A stretch of DNA of 64,000 nucleotides from a virus, in the IMG/VR virus record IMGVR_UViG_3300045988_148972, one strand, 5' to 3'. Both the position numbers and the translations under genes were made by a program. Position 1 is the stretch's first letter. Each line of letters starts with the position of its first letter. The notes beneath the pieces are model-generated. The model was not told the origin of the DNA, made no database searches, and worked only from the letters and a program-made list of their open reading frames with translations. Below are positions 25,256-33,389 of this stretch, in pieces.

Positions 25256-25609
25256 ATGAACAGATCCGGGAGGAAACATTTGGACGCACCGATTATTCAG
25301 GATGTGATACGCCTGAATAATTGTCTCATAGAAATCAACAGCAAAGCTTATAAGGTCATAAGCAGAACATATATAGACCCTATGCTGAAGCAAGGCGCAC
25401 TGCTTTTCAGCTACGCTATGCGCCAGGTCCGTGGAATGGACTATTATAAAAGAGCTACAGAGCTGACATACGAATTGCAGTTCGGAATATATCTGATAGT
25501 GGCTCTTGGAGGATGCAGCAAAGAGAAAGCGTCTGTAATAGACGTTTTGTGCGATAATATTTTATCTTCGCTTGCGAGGATAAAGAATGTCAGATCCGAA
25601 AAGTCTTGA
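25256..25609 (+). CDS. avd: Accessory variability determinant (Avd)-like protein
   Basis: 117 aa, predicted helical. Lies between the target gene and TR/RT, the canonical Avd position. The call rests mainly on position and size. Confidence 0.6.
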   Translation: MNRSGRKHLDAPIIQDVIRLNNCLIEINSKAYKVISRTYIDPMLKQGALLFSYAMRQVRGMDYYKRATELTYELQFGIYLIVALGGCSKEKASVIDVLCDNILSSLARIKNVRSEKS

Positions 25610-25612
25610 ACT

Positions 25613-27085
25613 ATGTCGGCAGAACTGTTTAATGATAAAGGTCCCTGTGCTTGCAGTGAGCAAGCTATTCCGATTAACAGGGCAGAAGTTCTGGGCGGCA
25701 ACGTCTGGAGCTGTGTCCGCAACAATGGCAACAACGCATGGTATGTGAACATGGGCAATGGTAACTTGAACAACAACAACACGAACAACACCTATAGTGT
25801 GGTGCCGGCCTCCGATTTATCAGAAAAAGTGTCCGCCTGGATAGCTGCCGAAAGTGATTGCTATAAAAACAAGCACGCATCGCTCGAAGCGGCATCGTTT
25901 CATTTCAACCTGTCGCGTATTTATGAATTGATAAACAGAATAAACAATGGCTACCAGCCACAGACAAGCATCTGTTTTGTCCTCGACTACCCCGTGTATA
26001 GAGAAGTTTTCGCCGCCAACTACACCGACCGTATCGTACACCACTACGTCGCCCCGATGCTTGGCGAGATATGTGAGAAAGTACACGAAGCCAATGGCGA
26101 TGTAAGCCACGGCAACCGTATCAGACACTCCGCATCTACAGCCATCGAGCAGATACAGCGGAATATCCGTGATGTAACGGACGGCTACACAAAGGAAGCC
26201 TTCGTAGCCACAATGGATATATCAGGCTTCTTTATGTCGATAGACAAGGAAACCGCATACCGCATCTTGCGGAAATACGCCGATATGTACTACGACAAAC
26301 CCGATAAAGAAGAAAAACTCTCTCTGCTTCACACCCTGATACAACACAATCCGGCCACAGACTGCGAGCGACATTCCGACATAAGAATGTGGGATAAAGT
26401 CCCGCCCAACAAAAGCCTTTTCGGACTTCCACCCGACAAAGGACTCCCGATAGGAAACTTCTATTCCCAACTCCTCGCAAACCTTGTGATAGCCGAAGCT
26501 GATGCGGAAATGATAAAAACCGGAGTGAAATACACACGGTTTGTAGATGATATATGCGTGGTGGCAGAAACATCAGCCGAAATAATCCATGCCCGGAAAG
26601 TATTCATTAAAGCGATCGGACGGCTGAAACTAAAAGTCCATCCCGATAAATTCTACATACAGCCGGCCTCACACGGAGTAAAGTTCTGCGGAAAGGTAGT
26701 AAAGCTGAACCGTATCTACATATCCAACCGTACGGTACACGCCCTTCATACAGCAATAGAAGAATACAGCCGGATGCCGTCGTACAGCAATGCCGTACAC
26801 GTCATGCAAAGCATAAACAGCTATTTCGGGCTGATGAAAGGAACAGCGTCCTTCAATATTAAAAAGCGTATAGCCGGGAAAGTCCTGGAAACATTCTCCG
26901 AATGGCTGTATTTCCGCAACAAAAACGGCCGGTTCGTCTGTGTGTTGAAAAGCAAGTACAAACCTAACAAGACATCATATCTAAACCTGAACGACTATGC
27001 TTCCATATTCAGACCGCCGACAAGGTGCTATCCGAAAAGGAGGCTGCCCTTACAACTCCGCGAACCTGCATATCTGCGAGCATAA
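25613..27085 (+). CDS. DGR reverse transcriptase (true start uncertain; the ORF includes the TR)
   Basis: Motifs FAANYTDRIVHH, LPIGNFYSQLLANL (DGR-type motif 4) and YTRFVDDICVV (catalytic xxDD box). There is no ATG between the TR and the first RT block. In-frame GTG codons occur at 25799 and 25802. Confidence 0.85.
   Translation: MSAELFNDKGPCACSEQAIPINRAEVLGGNVWSCVRNNGNNAWYVNMGNGNLNNNNTNNTYSVVPASDLSEKVSAWIAAESDCYKNKHASLEAASFHFNLSRIYELINRINNGYQPQTSICFVLDYPVYREVFAANYTDRIVHHYVAPMLGEICEKVHEANGDVSHGNRIRHSASTAIEQIQRNIRDVTDGYTKEAFVATMDISGFFMSIDKETAYRILRKYADMYYDKPDKEEKLSLLHTLIQHNPATDCERHSDIRMWDKVPPNKSLFGLPPDKGLPIGNFYSQLLANLVIAEADAEMIKTGVKYTRFVDDICVVAETSAEIIHARKVFIKAIGRLKLKVHPDKFYIQPASHGVKFCGKVVKLNRIYISNRTVHALHTAIEEYSRMPSYSNAVHVMQSINSYFGLMKGTASFNIKKRIAGKVLETFSEWLYFRNKNGRFVCVLKSKYKPNKTSYLNLNDYASIFRPPTRCYPKRRLPLQLREPAYLRA
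25689..25820 (+). repeat. DGR template repeat (TR)
   Basis: Invariant donor copy, rich in AAC codons (NNGNN, NLNNNNTNN). Sits directly upstream of the conserved RT sequence. Confidence 0.9.
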
Positions 27086-27122
27086 CGGACAACTGATAGC
27101 AACATTTAAAACCATAAACAAC

Positions 27123-27830
27123 ATGAAGTACGCAAAAATCGAAAACGACGAATTCCTCATTAAGGAATTTGAAAAGGGTATCGAGGTAGGCGGCAAGCTT
27201 ACCGAAGAAGAAATAATCGCACAAGGTTATAAACCTTTATGTGAAGTAGAAAAACCTGATGGAGCAGAAGGTTTTGTATATAAAGATTACGGAACCTGTT
27301 ATGTGCAGATATGGAAGATGCCAGGCGAGGATATACGTCCGGATGAAATATGGACTTCCGATAGTGGGATCATGCCTGAATTTTCCGATTTGCAAAGGCT
27401 GCAAAAAGACATTGCTATGATAAACGAGAATATTAATTCACTTAACCTTACCAGTAATGAAGCTTTTGAAGTTAAAGAGTTTTATCCTGAATGGTCTGCC
27501 GATTCTGTAGAAGTAAAGAAAGGTGAAAGATATCAGCTAAACGGAAAGCTTTATGAAGTAGTACAAGATCATACCACACAGGCTAACTGGTCACCTGAAA
27601 ATCAATCTTCTTTATGGGTTGAAGTTACAGAAAGCCATGCAGGTACATTTGACGATCCAATACCGTATAACGAAGAGTTAGATCCGATGTGGCAGGGAAT
27701 GGTACTTGAAGAAGGGAAATATTATACTCAGGGTGGAGTAGTATATAAGTGTATAAGAAATACCGGAAACAAGGTTACACAGAATCTTGCCGATTTGGTT
27801 TCCGGAGGATTTGTAGAACAAGTTAAATAA
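27123..27830 (+). CDS. Putative carbohydrate-binding (CBM5/12-like) protein, paralog of 21064..21708
   Basis: FYPEWSADSVEVKKGERYQLNGKLYEVVQDHTTQANWSPENQSSLW fits the CBM5/12 aromatic pattern. The C-terminus, GTFDDPIPYN...GKYYTQGGVVYKCIRNTG, is shared with the paralog. Trimmed to the ATG at 27123. Confidence 0.55.
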   Translation: MKYAKIENDEFLIKEFEKGIEVGGKLTEEEIIAQGYKPLCEVEKPDGAEGFVYKDYGTCYVQIWKMPGEDIRPDEIWTSDSGIMPEFSDLQRLQKDIAMINENINSLNLTSNEAFEVKEFYPEWSADSVEVKKGERYQLNGKLYEVVQDHTTQANWSPENQSSLWVEVTESHAGTFDDPIPYNEELDPMWQGMVLEEGKYYTQGGVVYKCIRNTGNKVTQNLADLVSGGFVEQVK

Positions 27831-27837
27831 TAGAATT

Positions 27838-28161
27838 ATGAAATTTTTTGATTGGTTAAAAGAAAGCAACCGGCTTTCTCACCTGAAAGTTGGTTTTGCC
27901 ATTTGGATTGTTGTAATGCTTATCGGATGCTCCATGTTGAGCATGTTCGAAGAAGTTACTGATTTTGAACTTATGCAGGCGCAAGCCATTACGATTACAT
28001 GCTCCTTGCTAGCAGATTTAACCGTATTTATTTCCATGTGTGCCGTGGAATATGTACAGAAATCATCCGGCATAGGTAAGTTTGACTGGCTCGATATTCT
28101 GGCAGGGATGATTACTCCTCTAATTATTACTATTGTAATTGTAATTATATATCTATTATAA
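27838..28161 (+). CDS. Small membrane protein (3 TM), hypothetical
   Basis: Three hydrophobic segments in 107 aa. Confidence 0.6.
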   Translation: MKFFDWLKESNRLSHLKVGFAIWIVVMLIGCSMLSMFEEVTDFELMQAQAITITCSLLADLTVFISMCAVEYVQKSSGIGKFDWLDILAGMITPLIITIVIVIIYLL

Positions 28162-28295
28162 ATAATTTTAGATATTTGAATAGCCCAATTAAAAACATTA
28201 AAATATATTTTCCTATTAATATTTTTTGTAATTTAGCGGCGTAATAGGGAAAACAGGGAATCCCTTTTTATGAGAGTTTTATCAACACACAGAAA

Positions 28296-28321
28296 GGAGA
28301 CAAGCGATTGTTTCCTTTTTT
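28296..28321 (+). terminator. Intrinsic terminator
   Basis: GGAGACAA-GCGA-TTGTTTCC stem followed by T6. Confidence 0.6.
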
Positions 28322-28341
28322 GTCCTCCTTTGAACCGTATT

Positions 28342-28381
28342 TTTTTGTCCTTCACTCTTCTATATTCTCTTTATAACTTTG
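28342..28381 (+). promoter_or_regulatory. Phage late-type promoter cassette
   Basis: TTTTTGTCCTTCA at 28342-28354, TAACTTTG at 28374-28381, ATG at 28425. A degenerate TTTTTGTCCTCCT half-copy sits at 28316-28328. Confidence 0.6.
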
Positions 28382-28424
28382 TATTGCAACAAAAACCAAA
28401 TGTTTAACTAAAAACGACGACAAA

Positions 28425-28823
28425 ATGAAAAAGATGATTTTAATGTTTGCAATGCTGATCTCTGCATTGACCGTTTTCGCGCAGGGCGCTGTAACCTCTG
28501 AACCTTCTACTGCCGGATTCGTAATCGACCTGGGAACGTTCACCGGAATCGTAGCACTTATCTCGGCTATCGTGACGCAGATCCTGAAAGTAATTCCTGC
28601 CATTTCAGGAAGCAAGCTCGCAAAAATCGGTGTGAGCGTGGCGGTAGGTATGGTGGTTTGCGTGCTGGCATGGGCGCTTCAGCTTACTCCTCTGCTCGAA
28701 GGATACCAATGGTGGGGAACGCTTATTTACGGACTGGCTGCCGGACTTAGTGGATGCGGTTTCTACGATGTGGTAAAAGCTATTGCCGCTCTTTTTAAGG
28801 ATAATACGGAAGAGATGGAATAA
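28425..28823 (+). CDS. Membrane protein, holin candidate
   Basis: N-terminal signal-like segment plus about 3 TM helices in 132 aa. First gene of the operon that contains the endolysin. Confidence 0.45.
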   Translation: MKKMILMFAMLISALTVFAQGAVTSEPSTAGFVIDLGTFTGIVALISAIVTQILKVIPAISGSKLAKIGVSVAVGMVVCVLAWALQLTPLLEGYQWWGTLIYGLAAGLSGCGFYDVVKAIAALFKDNTEEME

Positions 28824-28847
28824 CGGGAAATCGGAAGGAGGCACGGA

Positions 28848-29480
28848 ATGGACGCAGAAATGGTGACGGCCATAAGCGCAGCTGTAGTTTCCGTGGGTAC
28901 CTTGATTTTTACTCAGTACAACAAAATGACGCAGAAGTATCGTGACAAGATGAACGATATGAAGTTGGAACGGTACAAGCAGGAAACCGAACGTCTTAGC
29001 TTCAAGCGAAGCGAGAACACGGCAAAGGTATTTGGTGAGCTGTGGAAGGTGCTCTACGAGACAAAGGCCGACAGGGTGTACATCGTACAGCCGCACCCGC
29101 TGGGTAACGCAGCCTTCCTTTCCATCTATTTCGAAGTGAAACGCAAGGGGGTATCGGGCATGAAAGACAACGTGCAGCGGCTCCCTATGAGCGAAATGGC
29201 AGTATTCAGCAGAGGACTGGCCGAAAACCTGTTTCTCTGCTATACGGATATAGATTCTCAAGTGAAGGACAAGATGGCCAAATCCCTGTTTATAACCAAT
29301 GGCTGTCGCGCCGTGGCCATAAAGAGGCTGAACAGCGCTTCCGACTGGGTAGGAAACATCTTCTGCGAGTTTACCGACGAAATGGAGGTAAGTGAGGAAC
29401 AAGCCCATAAGGTGCTGCACGATGCAGCAGTGAACATACAGTTCATTCTTCCGGAATACCGGGAGAATCCCTATAAATAG
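28848..29480 (+). CDS. Hypothetical protein with N-terminal TM anchor
   Basis: ORF track, 210 aa. The antisense ORF 28605..29510 is judged spurious. Confidence 0.65.
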   Translation: MDAEMVTAISAAVVSVGTLIFTQYNKMTQKYRDKMNDMKLERYKQETERLSFKRSENTAKVFGELWKVLYETKADRVYIVQPHPLGNAAFLSIYFEVKRKGVSGMKDNVQRLPMSEMAVFSRGLAENLFLCYTDIDSQVKDKMAKSLFITNGCRAVAIKRLNSASDWVGNIFCEFTDEMEVSEEQAHKVLHDAAVNIQFILPEYRENPYK

Positions 29481-29509
29481 AGTTACAAACCAAAAACACA
29501 ACACAAACA

Positions 29510-30085
29510 ATGGACGAAATCAGTTTTAAGAAGGGAGCTGAAGGCTATGTGGCCGAATATACTTCCGAAGGACGTACAATGGTGCAGATTCAGGGTGTGA
29601 AAAGCGGAAGGCTTTCAATCTACCAGTTTATTGACACCATGGAACCCGTCGCAATGGATACGGTGAATTTCACAAATTCAGTAATTGAAATCAATGTACC
29701 TGCCGGCATGAAGGTACGGCTTCTGAGCGATGTGGAGGTGAAAAAAGTCAAGGCATTGGTCATCAAGGATACCGAAGCAGCCGGAGGTGGCGGCGGAGGT
29801 GAAAGCTATGTGCTCCCGAAAGCAACCGATTCTGCTTTGGGAGGAATCCAGACCGGCTATTCTGAAAACAGCAAGAATTATGCTGTGAAAGTAGATGGCA
29901 GCGGGAAAGCCTATGTAACAGTAAGCTGGACCGATACAACTTATACAAATGCCACATCAGGAACACCAGGTTTGGTAAAACAGGGTGCCCATGTAACAGA
30001 TGCTACAGGTTCGGAAGATGCACATACCGTACTGAACAAGCTGATTGACGAGCTTGAAAAGGCCGGAGTTCTGGCTTCTGCATAA
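29510..30085 (+). CDS. Head-fibre / decoration-like protein (putative)
   Basis: Gly hinge GGGGGG, then LPKATDSALGGIQTGY...GLVKQGAHVTDA...LNKLIDELEKAGVL. This resembles the C-termini of phage head-fibre or fibre proteins. Confidence 0.45.
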   Translation: MDEISFKKGAEGYVAEYTSEGRTMVQIQGVKSGRLSIYQFIDTMEPVAMDTVNFTNSVIEINVPAGMKVRLLSDVEVKKVKALVIKDTEAAGGGGGGESYVLPKATDSALGGIQTGYSENSKNYAVKVDGSGKAYVTVSWTDTTYTNATSGTPGLVKQGAHVTDATGSEDAHTVLNKLIDELEKAGVLASA

Positions 30086-30121
30086 CCACAGTCACAACAC
30101 AAAAACTAAACTAGACACGAC

Positions 30122-30694
30122 ATGAAAATCTGGATTGATAACGGTCATGGTGCAGACACCAAAGGGAAGCAGTCGCCAGACGGACGGTTGCGCGAATATG
30201 CCTATGCACGCGACATTGCACGCCGCGTGGTGGATGCGCTAAAAAAGAAAGGGCTCGACGCGCAGCTGCTCGTTCCGGAAGAGGAAGACATTTCGCTTCA
30301 GGAACGGTGCGCACGCGCCAACCGGGTGAAAGACAGCATCCTGGTATCCGTCCATTGCAACGCTGCCGGAAGCGGCACGCAGTGGATGACCGCACGCGGA
30401 TGGGAAGCATGGACCAGCGTAGGTCAGACCAAGGCCGACAAACTGGCCGAATGTCTGTATCAGAGTGCGGAGCAGGTGCTGAAAGGCATGAAGCTTCGAA
30501 AGGACACCACCGACGGTGACAGCGACAAGGAAAGCGGTTTCTATATTCTGAAACACACTGCATGCCCGGCCGTGCTGACGGAAAACCTTTTCCAGGACAA
30601 TCGCGAAGATGTGGACTTCCTTCTGTCGGATGAAGGCCGCCAGAAGATTGTCACGCTGCATGTGCAGGGAATCTGTAAATACCTGGGCGTATGA
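30122..30694 (+). CDS. N-acetylmuramoyl-L-alanine amidase (Amidase_3-type endolysin)
   Basis: IDNGHGADTKG, VSVHCNAAGSG and LTENLFQDN match the zinc-ligand and catalytic blocks of AmiC-type amidases. Confidence 0.85.
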   Translation: MKIWIDNGHGADTKGKQSPDGRLREYAYARDIARRVVDALKKKGLDAQLLVPEEEDISLQERCARANRVKDSILVSVHCNAAGSGTQWMTARGWEAWTSVGQTKADKLAECLYQSAEQVLKGMKLRKDTTDGDSDKESGFYILKHTACPAVLTENLFQDNREDVDFLLSDEGRQKIVTLHVQGICKYLGV

Positions 30695-31245
30695 AACAGC
30701 TCCCGTGGATACTGGTAAGCTTGCTGTCGGCCGCGCTCATCTTTGCGCTTTTCTTCCGTGGATGCGCGTCGCCGCAGTCTGGACAGGGTGATACCGTATG
30801 GCTTCCCGTAAGGGTAGATACGATACGCGACACGGCAGTTGCTACTCCCGTGTCAGAACGTCCTGCAGGAACAGACACCGCACGCCTTCCGGTATATCGT
30901 CCGCAGAAACCGTCCGGACCAGCTTCCATCCCGGACAGCATAGCGGACACGGTTACGGTTGTTTCTGATTCGCTTTCTACAGGGACCGACAGCGTGGACG
31001 TGATTATTCCTCTTACAGAGAAGGAATACCGCACGGACGACTACCGGATAGTCATTTCAGGGTACCACCCTAAACTGATCTCGGTAGAGCTTTACCGCCG
31101 AATACAGACAGGTGTAGTAAACGCGCCGGCGCCGAAAAAAAAGAGGTGGGGGATAGGACTGAGCGTAGGATACGGAATAGGGCTTTCAGGGAAGACAGAA
31201 CCGTTTCTGGGCGTTACGCTTAATTACAACCTGCTGCAATGGTAG
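30691..31245 (+). CDS. Signal-anchored, possibly lipidated envelope protein coupled to the endolysin (spanin-like candidate)
   Basis: The start overlaps the amidase stop (ATGA). N-terminus LLSAALIFALFFRGC, a Pro/Thr/Ser-rich linker, and a Gly-rich amphipathic C-terminus WGIGLSVGYGIGLSG...LNYNLLQW. Confidence 0.55.
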   Translation: MKQLPWILVSLLSAALIFALFFRGCASPQSGQGDTVWLPVRVDTIRDTAVATPVSERPAGTDTARLPVYRPQKPSGPASIPDSIADTVTVVSDSLSTGTDSVDVIIPLTEKEYRTDDYRIVISGYHPKLISVELYRRIQTGVVNAPAPKKKRWGIGLSVGYGIGLSGKTEPFLGVTLNYNLLQW

Positions 31246-31312
31246 CGGCAGGTTGTTTCTTTAAACACAAGAGAAAAACACAGGGCAGACGTGCCCGATA
31301 AACAAAGAAACG

Positions 31313-31618
31313 ATGAGTAAGAGTGAGATTTTTAACACCATCCTCCGCATGGTATCGGAGGAAACGGAAATACCGTCTGCACAGATCCTTTCTGGCAGGA
31401 AGGACACAGAGACGGTAGATGCACGCTATCTGCTCGTGCATTTCCTTTTTCAGAGCGGATTGAATCCGTCGTATATCGCTGCACGAATCGGAAAGACGGA
31501 GCGTGCCGTCAACCAGATTCATACCAATTTTGACCAGCGTCTCAGCACACAGAAAATATTCAGAATAAGTTGCGAAAGAATCAGGAAGAGGTTAGGAAAT
31601 AACTCATTCCCAGAGTAA
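31313..31618 (+). CDS. DnaA C-terminal-domain-like HTH protein
   Basis: ILSGRKDTETVDARYLLVHFL...IAARIGKTERAVNQ resembles the DnaA domain IV helix-turn-helix. Confidence 0.5.
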   Translation: MSKSEIFNTILRMVSEETEIPSAQILSGRKDTETVDARYLLVHFLFQSGLNPSYIAARIGKTERAVNQIHTNFDQRLSTQKIFRISCERIRKRLGNNSFPE

Positions 31619-31682
31619 TGTTTCGTCCGTGCCTTTGTCATGTCGGGCAATAGTGCCAGGCACAACACAAACACAAAACAGT

Positions 31683-32195
31683 ATGACTATCAAAGGTATG
31701 GACGGGCAGAGTTACAACGTAACTGGCCAGGGACAAGGTAATTTCAACACTGTGGGTGCAGCAGCTGGTATCGCATCATTTTTGGGAATCAACGGTGGTA
31801 ACATTCTGGGCCGTAACGGCTGGGGATGGAACGGAGAAGGATGTTGCTCAGACAACATGCCGGTAACTCGTTATGAGCTCGGTATGGTAGAGCAACTGAA
31901 TGCAAAGGATTCAGAAATCGCTTTGCTGAAGGCTGACAAGTACACAGACCAGAAGATCGTGGAAGCCTACAAGGACTTGCAGGGTCAGATCAAGGAACTT
32001 GCAGTGGAAGTTCGTTCCAACAAGGACGCTCAGACAGCTGTCAACATGCAGCAGGCCGTTTACAACGGTACCAACACCGCTACTCTGCAGTGTATGCAGA
32101 ACAGCATCGCCGCTTTGCAGGCTATCACTAAGACATACATTCCTTCAAGCAACGTATGTCAGTCTGACTGCTGCGGATGTGTATCTGCTCAGTAA
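31683..32195 (+). CDS. Hypothetical protein with coiled coil and Cys-rich C-terminus
   Basis: ORF 31629 starts at a GTG. The ATG at 31683 follows a CA-rich leader. Ends in CQSDCCGC. Confidence 0.6.
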   Translation: MTIKGMDGQSYNVTGQGQGNFNTVGAAAGIASFLGINGGNILGRNGWGWNGEGCCSDNMPVTRYELGMVEQLNAKDSEIALLKADKYTDQKIVEAYKDLQGQIKELAVEVRSNKDAQTAVNMQQAVYNGTNTATLQCMQNSIAALQAITKTYIPSSNVCQSDCCGCVSAQ

Positions 32196-32285
32196 TCAAC
32201 TGCTGAAATCCAGGGGAGGGCATAGGCCTTCCCCTTTCCCTTATGATTTTCATACTCCACACAAACAACTCAAACACGCAGCACA

Positions 32286-32777
32286 ATGACAAACGCACAG
32301 ATTCTGACCGCTGTCATCCTGAAATGGGGTGAGCCGGTCATTCCGGTTATGATGGGCAATATGCTCAATGGTATTTCTGCCGGCATGCTTCCGGTAGAAA
32401 AGTTATTCAAGTCAATCGGACTTGCAGGTCCAGGATGGCAGATTTCCAATGAAATCAATTCTCTGGCATCTTTAGGAGGGACAAAATTGCTCCGTCCGTT
32501 TCTTGAACAATTTGTATCCCGCATTCCGGACGATATGATTCCGGAACTGGCTCACGGGTATGTAGATTCTGCAATCCAGCAGGGAAAGCTTTCTGTAATC
32601 GACGGATTTTTCACTTTCGACCGAGATGACCTGGTAGAACTGAAAAAATACCTTGATTGCAACCTCCCGTATCAGAAGTCGGAAGAATATGTGGTAAAAA
32701 TTCCGCAGGCACAGCCGTCGCAGCCACAACCGCAGCCGGCACCAAAGAATGAAACACGAGAAAAGGAAGAGAAATAA
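32286..32777 (+). CDS. Hypothetical protein
   Basis: ORF track, 163 aa. PQ-rich C-terminus. Confidence 0.65.
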   Translation: MTNAQILTAVILKWGEPVIPVMMGNMLNGISAGMLPVEKLFKSIGLAGPGWQISNEINSLASLGGTKLLRPFLEQFVSRIPDDMIPELAHGYVDSAIQQGKLSVIDGFFTFDRDDLVELKKYLDCNLPYQKSEEYVVKIPQAQPSQPQPQPAPKNETREKEEK

Positions 32778-32836
32778 GGCCGAGGGCAGGCGGCACGTAG
32801 TCCTGTCATAACACAACACAAACACAACCAAAAGCT

Positions 32837-33241
32837 ATGATTCAATTAAATCCAATTGCAATCGCGGCTACCAGCCAGCAATACTTGGCTAATGTAGTCG
32901 AAAACTTGTGCCAGCCATTCTGCTCCACAGGTTCTATACAGCCTACGGGTGGTGTAAACTACATGGTCGTTGAACAGAGTACCAACGATACGGTAACAAC
33001 TGTCACCATCAACGCAGCTGTTACAGTGGTTTATCAGCCCAAGAACTCCTGCCGCTCCGTGGTAAAGCAGTTCACCGAGCAGTTCAAAGTGGCATTTGTC
33101 GGTGCGGCAAACGCTGTTCCTACCATCTCCATTACCACGCTGAACACGCAGATCAGTCCTGAGAACGTGAAATGCTGCAACCGTGCGTATGCAGTGAGTC
33201 TTGCTACTCCGATCACGATTACTGCTACCTTTCCCGCTTAA
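32837..33241 (+). CDS. Hypothetical beta-rich protein
   Basis: ORF track, 134 aa. T/V-rich. Confidence 0.6.
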   Translation: MIQLNPIAIAATSQQYLANVVENLCQPFCSTGSIQPTGGVNYMVVEQSTNDTVTTVTINAAVTVVYQPKNSCRSVVKQFTEQFKVAFVGAANAVPTISITTLNTQISPENVKCCNRAYAVSLATPITITATFPA

Positions 33242-33333
33242 CGAAGTTCAGGCAGCCGCATTTAGCGCTTTCAGTCTGGCTTCGGCAGATGAACCCGTAA
33301 AAAAGCGAAGGAAAAGGAAAAATGTTTGAGTGG

Positions 33334-33361
33334 CTTCCCGTCCGTGAGGGCGGGAAGTTTT
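33334..33361 (+). terminator. Intrinsic terminator
   Basis: CTTCCCGTCC-GTGA-GGGCGGGAAG stem followed by TTTT. Same stem/loop family as the terminator at 1027. Confidence 0.6.
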
Positions 33362-33389
33362 GAAGGAACTAATTTTAAACTATTGAGAT

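Larger units (their letters stand above)
23760..27085 (+). mobile_element. Diversity-generating retroelement (DGR) cassette: target/VR - avd - TR - RT
   Basis: 132-nt VR/TR pair with 12 differences, all at TR adenines. An Avd-sized helical ORF sits between them. The RT carries IGNFYSQ and FVDD motifs. Confidence 0.9.

Noticed and set aside
28605-29510. 301-aa minus-strand ORF
   Set aside because: It is antisense to two plus-strand genes that have a promoter cassette, sensible TM/helical features and tight spacing. Its composition (H/R/F/C-rich) looks non-coding.
30111-31034. Antisense or alternative-frame ORFs over the amidase and downstream gene (30111..30563, 30239..30661, 30307..30519, 30651..31034)
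   Set aside because: The plus-strand frame encodes a clear Amidase_3 enzyme. The others are by-products of high GC content.
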